From assembly GCF_009834535.1 (NCBI RefSeq), contig NC_045696.1, positions 87,298,001-87,362,000 on the forward strand: 64,000 nucleotides of DNA, read 5' to 3'. Each line of letters opens with the position of its first letter. Within the stretch, counting starts at the first letter, position 1. This document shows, piece after piece, positions 38,791 through 51,289 of this stretch. Both the position numbers and the translations under genes were made by a program. The notes beneath the pieces are model-generated. The model worked only from the letters and a program-made list of their open reading frames with translations. It did not search any database and had not been told where the DNA came from. This DNA comes from Camelus ferus. Its lineage: Eukaryota.

Positions 38791-41716
38791 TATGTGTGTC
38801 TATGTGTGCATGTGTGTGTTTGCATCTTTCTCTAATCTCTCTTTCTACATATATACATACATAAGGGTAAACTCTAAGCTCCCTTACAGTTTCTAATTTA
38901 ACAATTTCAAGACTTGAGAATATGCTTTTAATTTTGTGCACAGAAATGTTTTTGCATATAGAAATTATAAACAAGGAAACAAATTATTCATAAATCCAAG
39001 CCCAAAGTAGCCACAGTCAGTATTTTTTTCTCCATGGGCTTGACTCTCTCTTTATACACACACATATACGAAGACACCCAGATCATCACCTTCTTAATTA
39101 CTCTCATATTTGGCTCATTTTCTTAGCATCTTATGAGTGTTCCACATTTAATTATTTTTAACTAGTATGTTTTTTTTGTCATACTGGTGTACTATTTAAT
39201 ACTTTTCTTTAAGTTTTCTTGAATAGCACTCAGTTTCTCCTTAGCTTTATTCTAAACAATGTTACACTTGTAATAGCGAGAATTTATAATCTATTAATTA
39301 TGATTTTTCTTTCATTCTATGCTAAATATAAATAGTCAATCTTTTAAAGGTTTATCCAGTTTTTATAACACTAATCATATTCTTTTTTTCTGATTATGAA
39401 AATTAGATATGAAAACTTTAAACTAAGAACCAAAATTAAGGAAATATTCAGCTCCACAAACAAAAATAAAAACAAAAACCTCAATGAATAGGGTATGGTC
39501 ACAGGACTGGAGGAATGTGCGCTTAACCAGATAAGAACTGGAAAAAGGGCAGAGCCAGGGCTTTCAGCAGCAGGAAATCATGGCTCATCTCTGTATGATT
39601 CTAACATTAGATGATTAGATGATGCTTCTTCAATAAATTTTGTGTGTCTGGTCACCATTTACACTCCCAGGTGAGAGATTACAAGTAGCCTAATCTAGTC
39701 TACACGTATATTTTTGACTTTAGGGTCCTGTAATTATCTTTCCTCAAGATTCACACAAAATGGAGAAAACAAAGCTCCCAAGTGGAAGGAAAAATTTATT
39801 TAATAAAGTAGAGGCCGCTATATTTCACCCTGTGGCCACTATGCCTTCAAACTTCCTTTTCATATATACAAATCCAGAAAAATTTCCCATTTAGCATGCA
39901 GCTTTCCTTCAAATCAACAAAAGTTATGGATTCATTGCCTTCCTAGTGAGAGAAAAATGCAAGGTTGCAACTTGCTACTGAAAATAAAGGGAAAATGTCA
40001 TGAAGCCATTGCTGTCCAAGTCAAGACCACCAGGTGATGACCCCTCTCATTTTCCTTTGTGTTCTCACCACTAACGATCCCTACGTAATATTACAGTAAG
40101 AAGGAAAATAATAATGTTCTTGCATAAGAACAAGTTGCAAGAACTATGGTGGCCTTCCCTGGGATGGGTAGCAATTCTCTCCTAATAACTTTTGCCTCTA
40201 AGCATAGGAATACTATGAAGTACTCCAAATGTGTCATAAATATGAATTTCATTCAGATCTTCATTGGCTAACCCATCCCTCTTCTCCATGGTCATGGTCA
40301 GTCACCATATACTATATATTTTATTCTGTTTTCAGTGATGCAGTGAGGAGCACTGACTGCAATGAGGCAGTAAAGATTTGAATTTAGGGAAATCATATTG
40401 TGTGCCTTGGTGGAATCACCCCTTCACTGTTTCTTAAGACCTGTAGACGAGGAGGAGAGCCCAGAATCATAGGACCAAGCCATAAACCTCTTCAGGATAA
40501 GCTACTAGTATAATCCTGAAACACATATCTTTCAGGAGAAATCATTAATGCAATTACCTTTGATTTTCCTGTATCATTTCATAAAATTCTGTCCCTCCCT
40601 ATAGAGAATATTCTTTCCAACAATTAAAGTACCTACTTTAAATACACATCAACAAATCCATGTTAGCTTATGTTAATGACAGACAGTTTGCATTATGATA
40701 ATACATCTGTTTTAAAGCTGCATTTCATGTTTTTTTAGATTTGACATTTTAAATATCATCCTTTTAATTACAAAATTAATTAGAGTATAATACTTCACAC
40801 ATTAATGATGAAAATTAACATGCCATGGAATTTAGATTATTTTCAAATGTGATAATTATCAGTGTTTACTGAAAGCTTAGGTAATTTCCATTTAAAATAT
40901 GCATAATTGCATCCATTTGTAGGAACTTTTTTTCAGGAAATTATGGTTAGACTCCCTTTTTTTCTTCTTTTGAATGTGCCTCATATTTTTGAGGAAGAAT
41001 TGAAAGTTTGACTAAGATGCATTATAAACTTAAGAGCCTTTCATCAGCAATAATTCTCCTCTAAGGTTACCAAGTTAAATATTAAGATGGTTCATTTCTT
41101 TACTTGTAAATTTTGAGCAAATAAATTCCTTTATCAGCATTTTTTTCCCTTAAAAAGCCAGCAGCTAAATTCACAGAAGATTTATGGGTTCGTAGTGGTA
41201 GATGTCAGCTAACTCCTTGGGGTATCGGGAAAAGAGATACAGAATAAGTCAGTCTAGTCTTCAGAATCATACAAAGTACAAAATGTACAATTCTTAAGAA
41301 TTGCATTACGTATTTATAGGAGTACTTCTCCATACTTGGCCTCATCCCTACAACCTTCAGTATAAAAAATAAAAATTACAAGTCAATTAGCCAATTTCAA
41401 ATTTAATATCAATTTATGGTCATTTTTTATAGAATGTCATTTAATTTATTAACTCAGCCATCACTGGCTCAAAGATTATATTTGGTAGGGTTTTCTATGA
41501 TAGGGTAGTAGGCTCATAGCTCCTGTAATAGACTAAGTAAGACTCTAGCTGACTGCCCATCTCAGCTCTAGAAACACTGCAGGTCAAGACACCCTGGTTT
41601 CCACTCCAACCTAAAATCTATTTTGGCAATTACTTCCATCTCACCACTTACCACTGAGGGCCACCTCTTGGTTTCTGTTTTTTGAGAATACCAACAATTC
41701 TACCAATTCAAAATAA

Positions 41717-42239
41717 AGTAGTTCCATCGTATAAATATACTAAACTTCTTTATCCAGTCATACTATTCAGCCATAAAAAATAATAAAATAATGCCATTTG
41801 CAGCAACATGGATGGACCTGGAGATTGTCGTTCTAAGTGAAGCCAGAAAGAGAAAGAAAAACACCATATGATATCACATATATGTAGAATCTAAAAAAAA
41901 AAAAAATAATGAACTAATTTATAAAACAGACTTCCAGACATAAAAAACAAACTTACGGTTACCAGGGATGTAAGGGGGTGGCAAAGGATAAATAGGGAGT
42001 TCACAATTTGCAGATACTACCTACTATATATAAAAATGATAAACAACAACTTTATACTGTATAGCACAGGAAACTATATTCAATATCTTGTAGTAACCTA
42101 TAATGAAAAAGAACATGAAAATGAATATATGTATGTACATGTATGATTAATCTATCATGCTGTACACCAGAAATTGACACAATATTGTAAACTGACTATA
42201 CCTCAAAAAAAAAAAAAAACTTGCTAAGAAACAAACAAA
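41717..42239 (+). mobile_element. Short L1 3'-end insertion with a 44 bp 5' inversion and TSD
   Basis: 3'UTR matches the 10050-10510 copy; poly-A tail present; TSD AAAA(T/C)AAAGTA at 41710-41720 and 42240-42250. Confidence 0.9.
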
Positions 42240-42299
42240 AAAACAAAGTAAACCAGTTCCACGGCAGTACCATGGTAACTGAAATACCAAGGTAAATCT

Positions 42300-43700
42300 G
42301 TTTCTACTGTCAACTCTAGCCTACTGAGCTTCTGAAATATCTTCATGTGCTCTAACCAATGCATTTATTATCTTGGTGAAAAGTTTCTTTTGAGCCCCTC
42401 CTGGGAACATAATGTGGTTTTTCCCTAATTGGTCTTTACAGAAACCTAAGCCTATTTATTGGTTTTGAGATAAAATGCAGATAAGCCTGAAAACTGAAGT
42501 ATTGAGGTAGACAGACAGCATCTTTGTGGCAATTGCTTCAAGTGAGGTCTCTACATGGTTTCCAGGTGAGAGAAGGCTCTTGCTCTCTTACAGCAAGAAG
42601 GAAAGAGTTGTTTCCCTTGGTTGGGAATAACAGGGGTATTTGGTGCTTTCAAGATTCTCAGCTATGTTGACACAAATTACCCCAATTCTATGTACCAGCA
42701 TCCTACTTTTTCCCTATCAGGATCCTACTTAGGTGCAGATATACAAAGAGATATATTTGGTGTTCTTTGAAGCTCTGTCATCACTATAATTAGATTTCAG
42801 TCTGATTTTTTTCAGCACAGTCTCTTTTACAGATGAAGGTGACAAAGAGTCTCCTGGACTGTTCCCATGGAGATGTTCTGACATTCATAGTGTGCCTTGA
42901 ATAAATAGGTTGCTAATCTGAATCTATCATTTTCTTTTTTTCAGGACATTTAAAATCAATTCAAAAGTATTGACTTCAGTCCTTATAATGTCCATTGTCC
43001 TCAAAATTTACAATTATAATCCCTGTATTATAAGCCAGAATTCGACTCCTCCACCTTGTAGCATGCTGAAAGTTGGCCCTAAAAAATAGATGTATATTTT
43101 CTAATGCCTGTACCTGTGAATATTGTCTTATTTGGCATAAGATATAACTCAGAATCCTGAGAGGGGGAGTTTATTATAGATTATCTGGGTGAGCCCTCAA
43201 TACAATCACAAGTATCCATATAAGAATGCAGAAGAGGTTGTTTTAGGACAGATACCCAGAAGAGAGGGCCAGGTGAAGAAAGTGGAAATCAGAGTAATGT
43301 AACAAGAAATTAAAACACCAAGGAATGCAGGTAGCCCCAGAAGCCAGGAGGGAGTCATAGAACAGATTCTCTCTTAGAGCACCCGAAGGAAGCACAGCCT
43401 TGCCAACTCCTTGATTTCAGACTCTTGGCCTCTTAACTGTGAAAGAATACATTTCTACTGCTATAAGCCACCTAGTTTGCAGTAATATGTTATGACAGTC
43501 ACAGGAAATTAAGGCACACCTGATCAAAATTTTCCGCCAGTGAGATTCTTAATAAGGGTAACGCTTCTGCACATCAGGGGTTATCACCACCACTACTATC
43601 AACATCAGGGGAGTCCTTATTGCTCTCTGACCTGTGGGTTGTCTATTTCCAGAATCCCACTTTGAGGGGCTGCTTTCTAAGGTCACCATGATATCAATTA
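42300..43700 (-). mobile_element. ERVL internal 5' relic (ERV3-16A3-like), interrupted by MLT1D
   Basis: The reverse strand reads 'agaaagcagcccctcaaagtgggattctggaa' just downstream of the LTR and a degenerate PBS. The left boundary is uncertain. Confidence 0.45.
43057..43516 (+). mobile_element. MaLR LTR (MLT1D-like)
   Basis: TG...CA termini with a perfect CACCT TSD (43052-43056 and 43517-43521); 'gattatctgggtgagccc' and 'aaggaatgcaggtagcc'. Confidence 0.88.
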
Positions 43701-44645
43701 CCTTACTAGGCCAGTTGTCACCCTGTCTCCCAAGGCGGAGCTATGACAAGGGTTGGCCTGCAGGTGGTTTATGTGAGGATGTTTTCCTGGGGATAAGGAC
43801 TAGAGTGTCAGGGAAGAGTAAAACAGGAATGTCAAACTAAGGGTATGTTACTGAGCTGGTTTCTGTTCTGGACAAACAATGTTCAAACATTGTGATGGGC
43901 TCTTGATGTATCAGCTTGGCGAAGCTACCATGCTAAATTATTTCATCACACACATTTATCTAGGTTTTACAGTAAACGTATTTTGTAGATGTATTAAAAG
44001 TCCATAATCAGTTGACTTTAAGTAAGAGAGATTACTCCAGATAATCTGGGTGGGCTCGATTCAATCAGTTGAAAGGCCTTCCTTGAAGAAGAAATTCCAC
44101 TTATGTGCAGCAGTTCAGCTCCCAAAAGAGTTCCAGTCTGCCCCTCCTGATGGCCTGCCCTAAGGATTTTGTAATTGCCTAGCCAGTCCCCTTGACTGCA
44201 TAAGCCAATTCCTTGTAAGAAATAGCTTTATCTATTTATGTATCTATGTAATCTACTAGTTCTGTTTCTCTGGTTGAAACTTCACTGATATGAACCTCCA
44301 GGAAAATTTTCAAGTAGCTGAACCAAATGCACCTCTGGATTTTTAACAAACACAGAAAAGTATTCATCCACAGACTTCCATTTTCATTTGATCAAGGGTT
44401 CCCCCAGGAGCTACTAACTACCTTATATTTCCAAGTTTATGGGTGACTTAGAATTGCTGAGCAAGTCTTATAGATGAACCTGTAGTTGGATGTAGATGTA
44501 GATGGCAGATAAATTCTGGGGAAATGCAAGCAAGAGATACAACATGGACTGAGAAAAGTGACCAGTGGACTCATGCAAACTGCTGATTCCTGAGCAATGG
44601 ACTGCTTAAAGAGGTAGCTCAAGATGATGCAGATACGATAGGTAC
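43701..44645 (-). mobile_element. ERVL LTR (LTR16-like), split by MLT2D
   Basis: 'gacaagggttggcctgcaggtggtttat...agggtatgttactgagctggt' on the left and 'tattcatccacagacttcc...ttgatcaagggtt' on the right. Confidence 0.55.
43891..44292 (+). mobile_element. ERVL LTR (MLT2D-like)
   Basis: 'tgtgatgg...aatcagttgactttaagtaag...gttctgtttctctggttgaa...ctgata'; AACAT/AACCT flanks. Confidence 0.82.
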
Positions 44646-45059
44646 AGGATAATCCTTGCCTAGCTATCTCTGTACAAAGGCACATTAAACAAATGTTTTC
44701 CTAAAAGACAACACTTTAAAAATCCATTTCTTTTTTTGCTCAAGGATAGTGGTAAAGAAAAAGATCCTTTAGTTTATCTTTTGCTAGACCTAGTTTAGCA
44801 AAATATTTATATAAAAATATGAAACATTAAGTACTTAGCCATTCCTATTAGTTAAATAACATTTATTGCTGGATAATATTTCCTCATATCAACTTAATTT
44901 CATTAATGTTAATTGGAAGTAATTATGACTGATTATATGAACACCACATGAAACAATTTGACTGTTAGTTTAACTGTGTTCCCTAATACTCAAAGACCAT
45001 ATTTGCAAAGAATACACTACTATTTCAGATTTGAGAAGTGTCCAAAACACATAATCAAA

Positions 45060-45245
45060 TATTTAAATTAAAAATAACATATGCATATACATGTATAATA
45101 TATACATACATGTATTTATACATACATACACATGTGTTTATGTGTTGATGTGTGTATTCTCAGAGTAAAAGGTACCTAAGTCAATACCTATGTACATACA
45201 CACAAATATATACATATGTGTGATATCTATGTGTATGTATATTCT
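45060..45245. repeat. Degenerate (TA/CA/TG)n low-complexity tract
   Basis: Seen directly. Confidence 0.6.
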
Positions 45246-45400
45246 TGTATTTAGAGGAAATCCATATTTCTTACCACAAACAGAAGCTTTCCTCTGAGCA
45301 CAATTTTAAAAAGTTACTTTTTTTTTTTTTCACATTTCTACTTTTTAAAATAATCATTCTTTAGGCTATAAAGCTTTTAAATTTTTATTTATTTATTTTT

Positions 45401-45705
45401 AATTGAACCATATGGTCTAGCAATTCCCAACTGGGTTTGTAACCAAAGGAAATGAAACAGGAGTTCAAGTAAGTATCTGCACCCTCACATTCATTGCAGA
45501 TTTACAATAGTCAAGATATGGAAAAACCCTGGTGTCTGTCAGTGGGTGTACAGATCAAGAAGTTGTGATAGATATCACAATGAAATACTATTCAGCCCCC
45601 CAAAAGAAGGAAATCCTACCATTTCTGACAACCTGGGTGGAACTTGAGGGCACTATGCTAAGTGAGGTAAGTCAAACAGAGAAAAAAACAAATACTGTAT
45701 GATTT
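45401..45705 (+). mobile_element. L1 (L1MA-like) ORF2 C-terminal fragment
   Basis: 'aatactattcagcc...gaaggaaatcctaccattt...ttgagggcactatgctaagtga'. Confidence 0.8.
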
Positions 45706-48604
45706 TTTTTCTTTAAATGAGTGGTTGAATGCATGAAAATACAAACCAATTACTATACCCATATTTATACAAAGCTATTATCATCTATTTTCAGAATAAT
45801 CATAGATTTCTTAATGGTTTTAATAAATAAAAGTTACTGATTTTCACATCCCCCAGATTCTAGCAAATTGGCATCAAATGTATATTACGGTTTAAATCAT
45901 AATGTATTCTCACTCTAACTTTCATTACTTAGATATGTCTAACGACTATTTCTGTATCTTTCCCCAATGATTCTTCAGTTACAACTGTACACTGAGATCT
46001 TTTGTCCATAGAAATCAGGTAGAGAATAAGGTGATCATGAAGGAATTCTCCAAATTCTGTTTTCTAAAATCCAGAATAATTTGGATTATCTAAAATGTAT
46101 CTTTGTCTCACAGAACATGTATTATGGAATTATCAATTATTTCAGTTGGGTAAACAGGAGCTGTGTGGAGGTTACCCATACAAATTATGATTCAATCTAA
46201 GACAAGAACAGTTTTTAAAAATAAATAGTACAACAGAAACAATATATGTATATTATTTAATTTTAATGATGCATCCCATTAATGTTCCCCTTGAGTGACC
46301 ATATGTGATAAAACATTAAATTAATGCTAAAATCATCTATTTCTATTTGATAGGAGTTACAGACATAAAAGATTTGGTAGGACTATATGTAAGTTTTGAA
46401 CAGAAAAACAAAAACTACTTAAGATAATTTAAGACATAAAATATAGTGCATTGGCTGATGTTTCTCTAATTCATTATGTGTTTGTGTGTGTACCTTTCTC
46501 CTTTTAGAGGGAGTTGGGACTACAGTGATTAAGATCATCTCTGAGACAGTGCTTTTATTAATTCCCAAGTAAGTGATAAACCTTTGTTTTATCTTTAGCT
46601 GACATCTAGAGCAAAAGATAAGATAGGCAAAAAATACTACGAGTTACTATTGACGAATTGCTATTTCCTAAGGAAGGATTCTTTCAGTTTCTTGCTAAAA
46701 ACTAATCAAATTAGCAAACTTTAGTTTCTGCACTCAAAATTGTATACATTTATTCTCGCCTATTATAGAAAGAACCTCTGGTATAGAATCCTTTGATTTC
46801 CTTTGAACATTTGGAATAAAACTACCCCAAATAATTAACTTCTTTTCCCTCATTGGAATGCAAAATGCAGGTAGGCTAGTAATTATGGTTACAATGGCAA
46901 ATGAAAGTGTATTACTCAACCTCCTACTGTTCATGAAAGGATTGTCACTCAAAACTCCAGGATGATTTCTCCTGGGTACCTTAAAATGGTATCCATTCTC
47001 CCAATCTTTTATTTCTATTTTTTTTCTCTCCTCTTGGAAATGCTACTGCTTCTTAGATTTGCAGCCGTCCCAATTTTCATCCTCTGCTTTGTGCCTGATG
47101 ACAGAGTCCACAGGGACTCTCTCTGCTATCTATTTCTTTTCTCCAACTGAAACAGAACATTCTGAGTTTCTCACCTCTTCACTCCTAAATGAAGTGCAAT
47201 CATTTGAAATGCTGGCTGTGAAAAACTGCAACTTATTATCCCACAAACTGCCAAGCCTAAATAATCACTGAAGTTGTTTAAGTCTTTTGAAAACATCAGA
47301 ATTTCATTCCTATAAGACACCCAGCAGCTGGAAGCTGAAACAAAGTCCATTTAAATACAACAAAATGAGGTGGAAATAAATCACAAAAGAGGAATGGAAT
47401 GCTTACAGCATTGCGTCGTCCAAGTCTCTAATGTTCTGCAATTTTTGTGACACTGACAAAAACTCAGTCAAGGGAGAAAAAAATGTTACTGATGACTGAT
47501 TTGTTTGTTCTTTGTTACTTGGCACCAAAGTAAAGTAAAACCACATTGCATTCCCTGAAGAATATAGCATGTTTCCATTGTCGTTTTACTGTGGTCACCA
47601 TGATGTATTCAATTCTACTCTGTGGCGTTGCAAATAACTACCAAACTGTATTAATGATTAAATAAAAACATTTTAAAACTAATAAAAAAAAGTGCTCTGG
47701 AATATGCCTGCAAGATTGCCAAGATTAAGGTGGCACATCTGCTTCACCATATTAAATAAGTGAAGCTGAAGAAAGAAGGGAAATGAATCAAGATTAAATA
47801 CTCTTTCATGTACACCATTGTTCCTTAGTATTCGTATCCAGCAAATATTTCGTATTATTCATTCAAAATGTCAATGAACTTTTAGATGTCAGTTTCTTTG
47901 TCAGCTAAACTGGGTAATATGTTCCATTAGACGGCATTCACATAGAAATATTTGTGGCACAGTGAGTGTGTCATAGAGTTACCATATTTGAAGTTACTGA
48001 ATCTTCATTTTATAGTCGTGAGCTGAGGATGTTAGCGTGGACTGTGGGCCACAAAACTGTATTGGAGAACAGTAGTAAATGGTCAAGGTCTTATTTTTTT
48101 TTTATCCCAATTTCATTAAATACAGTTCCAAGTTTTACTGGAAGTTTGTCCAGAATGTGAAGAGAATTTAATTACACCCATAGACTCATGACAAACAGTG
48201 GTAAGTGTGCAATGACACTTACGTGTTTTGTGTTTTCATTATTTTTAATGCTGCTCCCTTTCCCTTTCTCCACTTCCATACTATTTTCTACATAGATACT
48301 CACTCGGGTTCATTTACTTGGTTTTTACAGTCCACTTGCACAATAGCTCCTTGATACATGTGTATATTTAAATACCTTGTCTCTCTGTATTTAAAATCTT
48401 ACAAAATACTGACCTGTATGTATTAATGTTTTTATATGTTTTTACTCAAAATGTTGAGATTTATTCATGTTGCTATTTGCAACATCTATTTTTATACGCC
48501 CACCATCCACTAATCTAGTGCTATACACAAATATCAGGTTACTATTATGGCAACACCTCACTTTTTGTAATAAATTCTGTATGTGTTAGGCTAATGCAGG
48601 CTGG

Positions 48605-50390
48605 ATTTTTTATAAATTTTGATATAGCTTTAAACTTAAATAAATTGTTTAAGAATAGTACAAGGAATTCCCATAGACCCTTTTGCCCAGATTTGCCAAT
48701 TTTTTAATATTTTGCTATATTTGTTTTATTAGTCTCTATAATTCATTACTTTATGAACAATTTGGTAATTGCAAATATGACACTCATTTACACTAAATGA
48801 GTATGTATTTCCTGAGAATAAGAATTACAATTATAAAAATCATACAAAAAATGTTAATGGCACAGTAGTACTAAGATCACACAGATTTCCCAATAATGTA
48901 CTTTGTAACATTAGTTTCCCTAGCCAGGACCTACTCCAGGATCACACACTGCATTTAGTTGTCATGTCTTTTCACTTTCCTTTCAGTATGTTCCTCAGCT
49001 TTTGCATTTCTTGTCTTGATAATTTTTAAGAATGTAGATTACATGTTTAGGGGCGTGCCCCTTAATGTGTGTTCTTTGGATGTTTCTTCCTGTGTTTAGG
49101 TAATATATTTTGAGTAGGATTATCACTTGAATAATATTGTGTCCTCCTCAGTGTATCCTTTCAGAATGCACGTGATTTTCTAATATTGGTGATGTTGAAC
49201 ACTACCCACATAAAGATGTGTCTGCCAAGTTTCTCTGTAAATTTATTATTTTTCTCTTTGTAATTAATAAGTAATTTCCTGGAAAAAATAAGGAAAGTAC
49301 TTCAATATTCTTTTTCTTGTCAAAGTTTCACTGGAAAGTTTAGCATCCATTGATTTTCTAACGTCAACATACCTACCACATTCATTAATTTCCATTCTAC
49401 TGTAAGAGGATTTTTTTTGCTATTTATTTGTTACATCAATATGATTTCATGAATTCTTATTTCATTCAATGGGTTATTATTATTTGTTAATTTATTTTGA
49501 TGCCTAAACTGTCCCAAATTTGGCCAGGAGAAGCCTCTTCAGACTAAAACTCTGCTAACCTTTTGACATGTACTTACAATTCTTTAAACACTTTCTTATT
49601 TTCTAGTCCAAAAATAAGTGCCAGGTTTGTCTTCTCCTTTACCAGTCAAAAACCCGGAAATCAGCTATTTTTCTTGGTTTATTTTAGTGGAGAATTTTAT
49701 TTAGAAATCAAGAACTGAATGCTGGGTATGCTCATTGTCACTGGTGTAGCATTGCTTTTAGGCCTTTTGTGTAAACAGAGCGAGGAGGTATATAAATGTC
49801 TACAAACACACACATGTATAGCATGTATATATATCATGAGTCTACACTGATACCTATAATTGCAATGCAGTAACAGATTTCATTCTAGCCTTTCTATTTT
49901 CTGTATCTTAAACTCCTTTACCACAATAAGAACTTTTATTATCCTTGCTATATTTACTTATTGTTCAAGCCTAGTACAAAAATAGTCATTTTAGATTTTT
50001 TTACCCATACCAATGTGGAAAGCAAACCTAGCAATTAGAGTTAAATACTCATTTCCATTCTCTTAGGTTAGATTTGTACACAGTGAAAGGAACACATTTT
50101 AATAGGAAATTCAGTAAGTTTTTCATAATGCATATACCTGGCTAAACCATGCCCTTATCAATCGAAAATTTTCATCATTAGAAATTTGTCATATCCCTTC
50201 TCAGTCATTATTTCAACCAGAGAGAACTACTGTCCAATTTTTTTTTTAACCATAGACTAGTTCTAGAACATCATATAAATGTGACTCATATAGTGTATAG
50301 TTTTGCCTTCATGTTCTCACAGTCAGGGTAATACTTGTTTGAATCATTCATGGTATTAGTCTTATCAGTAATTTGTTGCATTTTAATACT
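48605..50390 (-). mobile_element. Old L1 3' region (L1MC4-like plus L1ME-like)
   Basis: 'aagaatagtacaaggaattccc', 'ccaggatcacacactgcatttagttgtcatgtct' and 'tgtcccaaatttggccag'. Confidence 0.7.
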
Positions 50391-50394
50391 GTGG

Positions 50395-50645
50395 AAGTAT
50401 TGAGAAGTGATCAGATTCTAGACTTATTTTGAAATTAGAAGCAAAAATACTATCTATGGATCAGTGAGAGAGGAGATGTATGGAGGAAATCAAGCTGGCT
50501 GCCAAGTTGGCTGCCAAATATTTGAGTGGCTGGAAGAAGAAGGTTAATCTTTACTGAAATGTAGATGACAAGGTCAGTAGGCTAGAGCTCAGATTTGGGC
50601 ATGTGAATTTTGAAATATATGTTAGAAAAGCAAATTGAATGATAG
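50395..50645 (-). mobile_element. L2 fragment
   Basis: 'gagaagtgatcagattctagacttattttgaa...gagctcagatttgggcatgtgaattttgaaat'. Confidence 0.65.
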
Positions 50646-51289
50646 AGTTTGTTTTATTTTTAGAAGTTGAGAGAAATAACAGCACGCTGAAGGAAATGCT
50701 TTACTATCGAACACCCAAGTTTATACTGATATTTTTTATTTTGCTAGTTTTTCCTAAGTTTTTAACCATGGACACTTAGTTCTTTGTTTTTATAATTTTC
50801 ACTTTTCTGACATAAACATTTATATGAAGTGCTGCATCAGCTTCAACCCGTGTATGTTTTTGAATCATTATTATAAGTAGTGTAAGTATTTTCTAGTTTT
50901 CATTATTATTTATTTAGAAACATGAGTGATTTAAAATGTGAAGTTATTTACTTTGAAAACATGGTTTTTGTCTGATTATCTCTTATTGATTTATAGTATC
51001 TCTAATTATGATCAGAGAGCCTAGATTCTAGAAGTTCAACTCTATTGAGACTTGCTTTATGGCAAAGACTAGACTAATTTTGGGAAATAACCTATATCTA
51101 CCTGTAAAAAATCTGTATTATTCAAAATTCAATATTCTAAATTTACTTTTTATATCAAGCAGGCAGAGACCAGTATTGCTAATAGAAAGTTGTTAAACTA
51201 TATTAATTTAACTTAAAAAAATTAAAAAGTAAAATGAGGGAGGGAAAGCCATTTGAAGGATATAGCAGATACTACTATTTGTCATTCAT

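Noticed and set aside
13667..44645. One giant ERVL provirus spanning both LTR16-like elements
   Set aside because: They are 30 kb apart with MIRs, very old L1s and unique DNA between them; independent insertions are more plausible.
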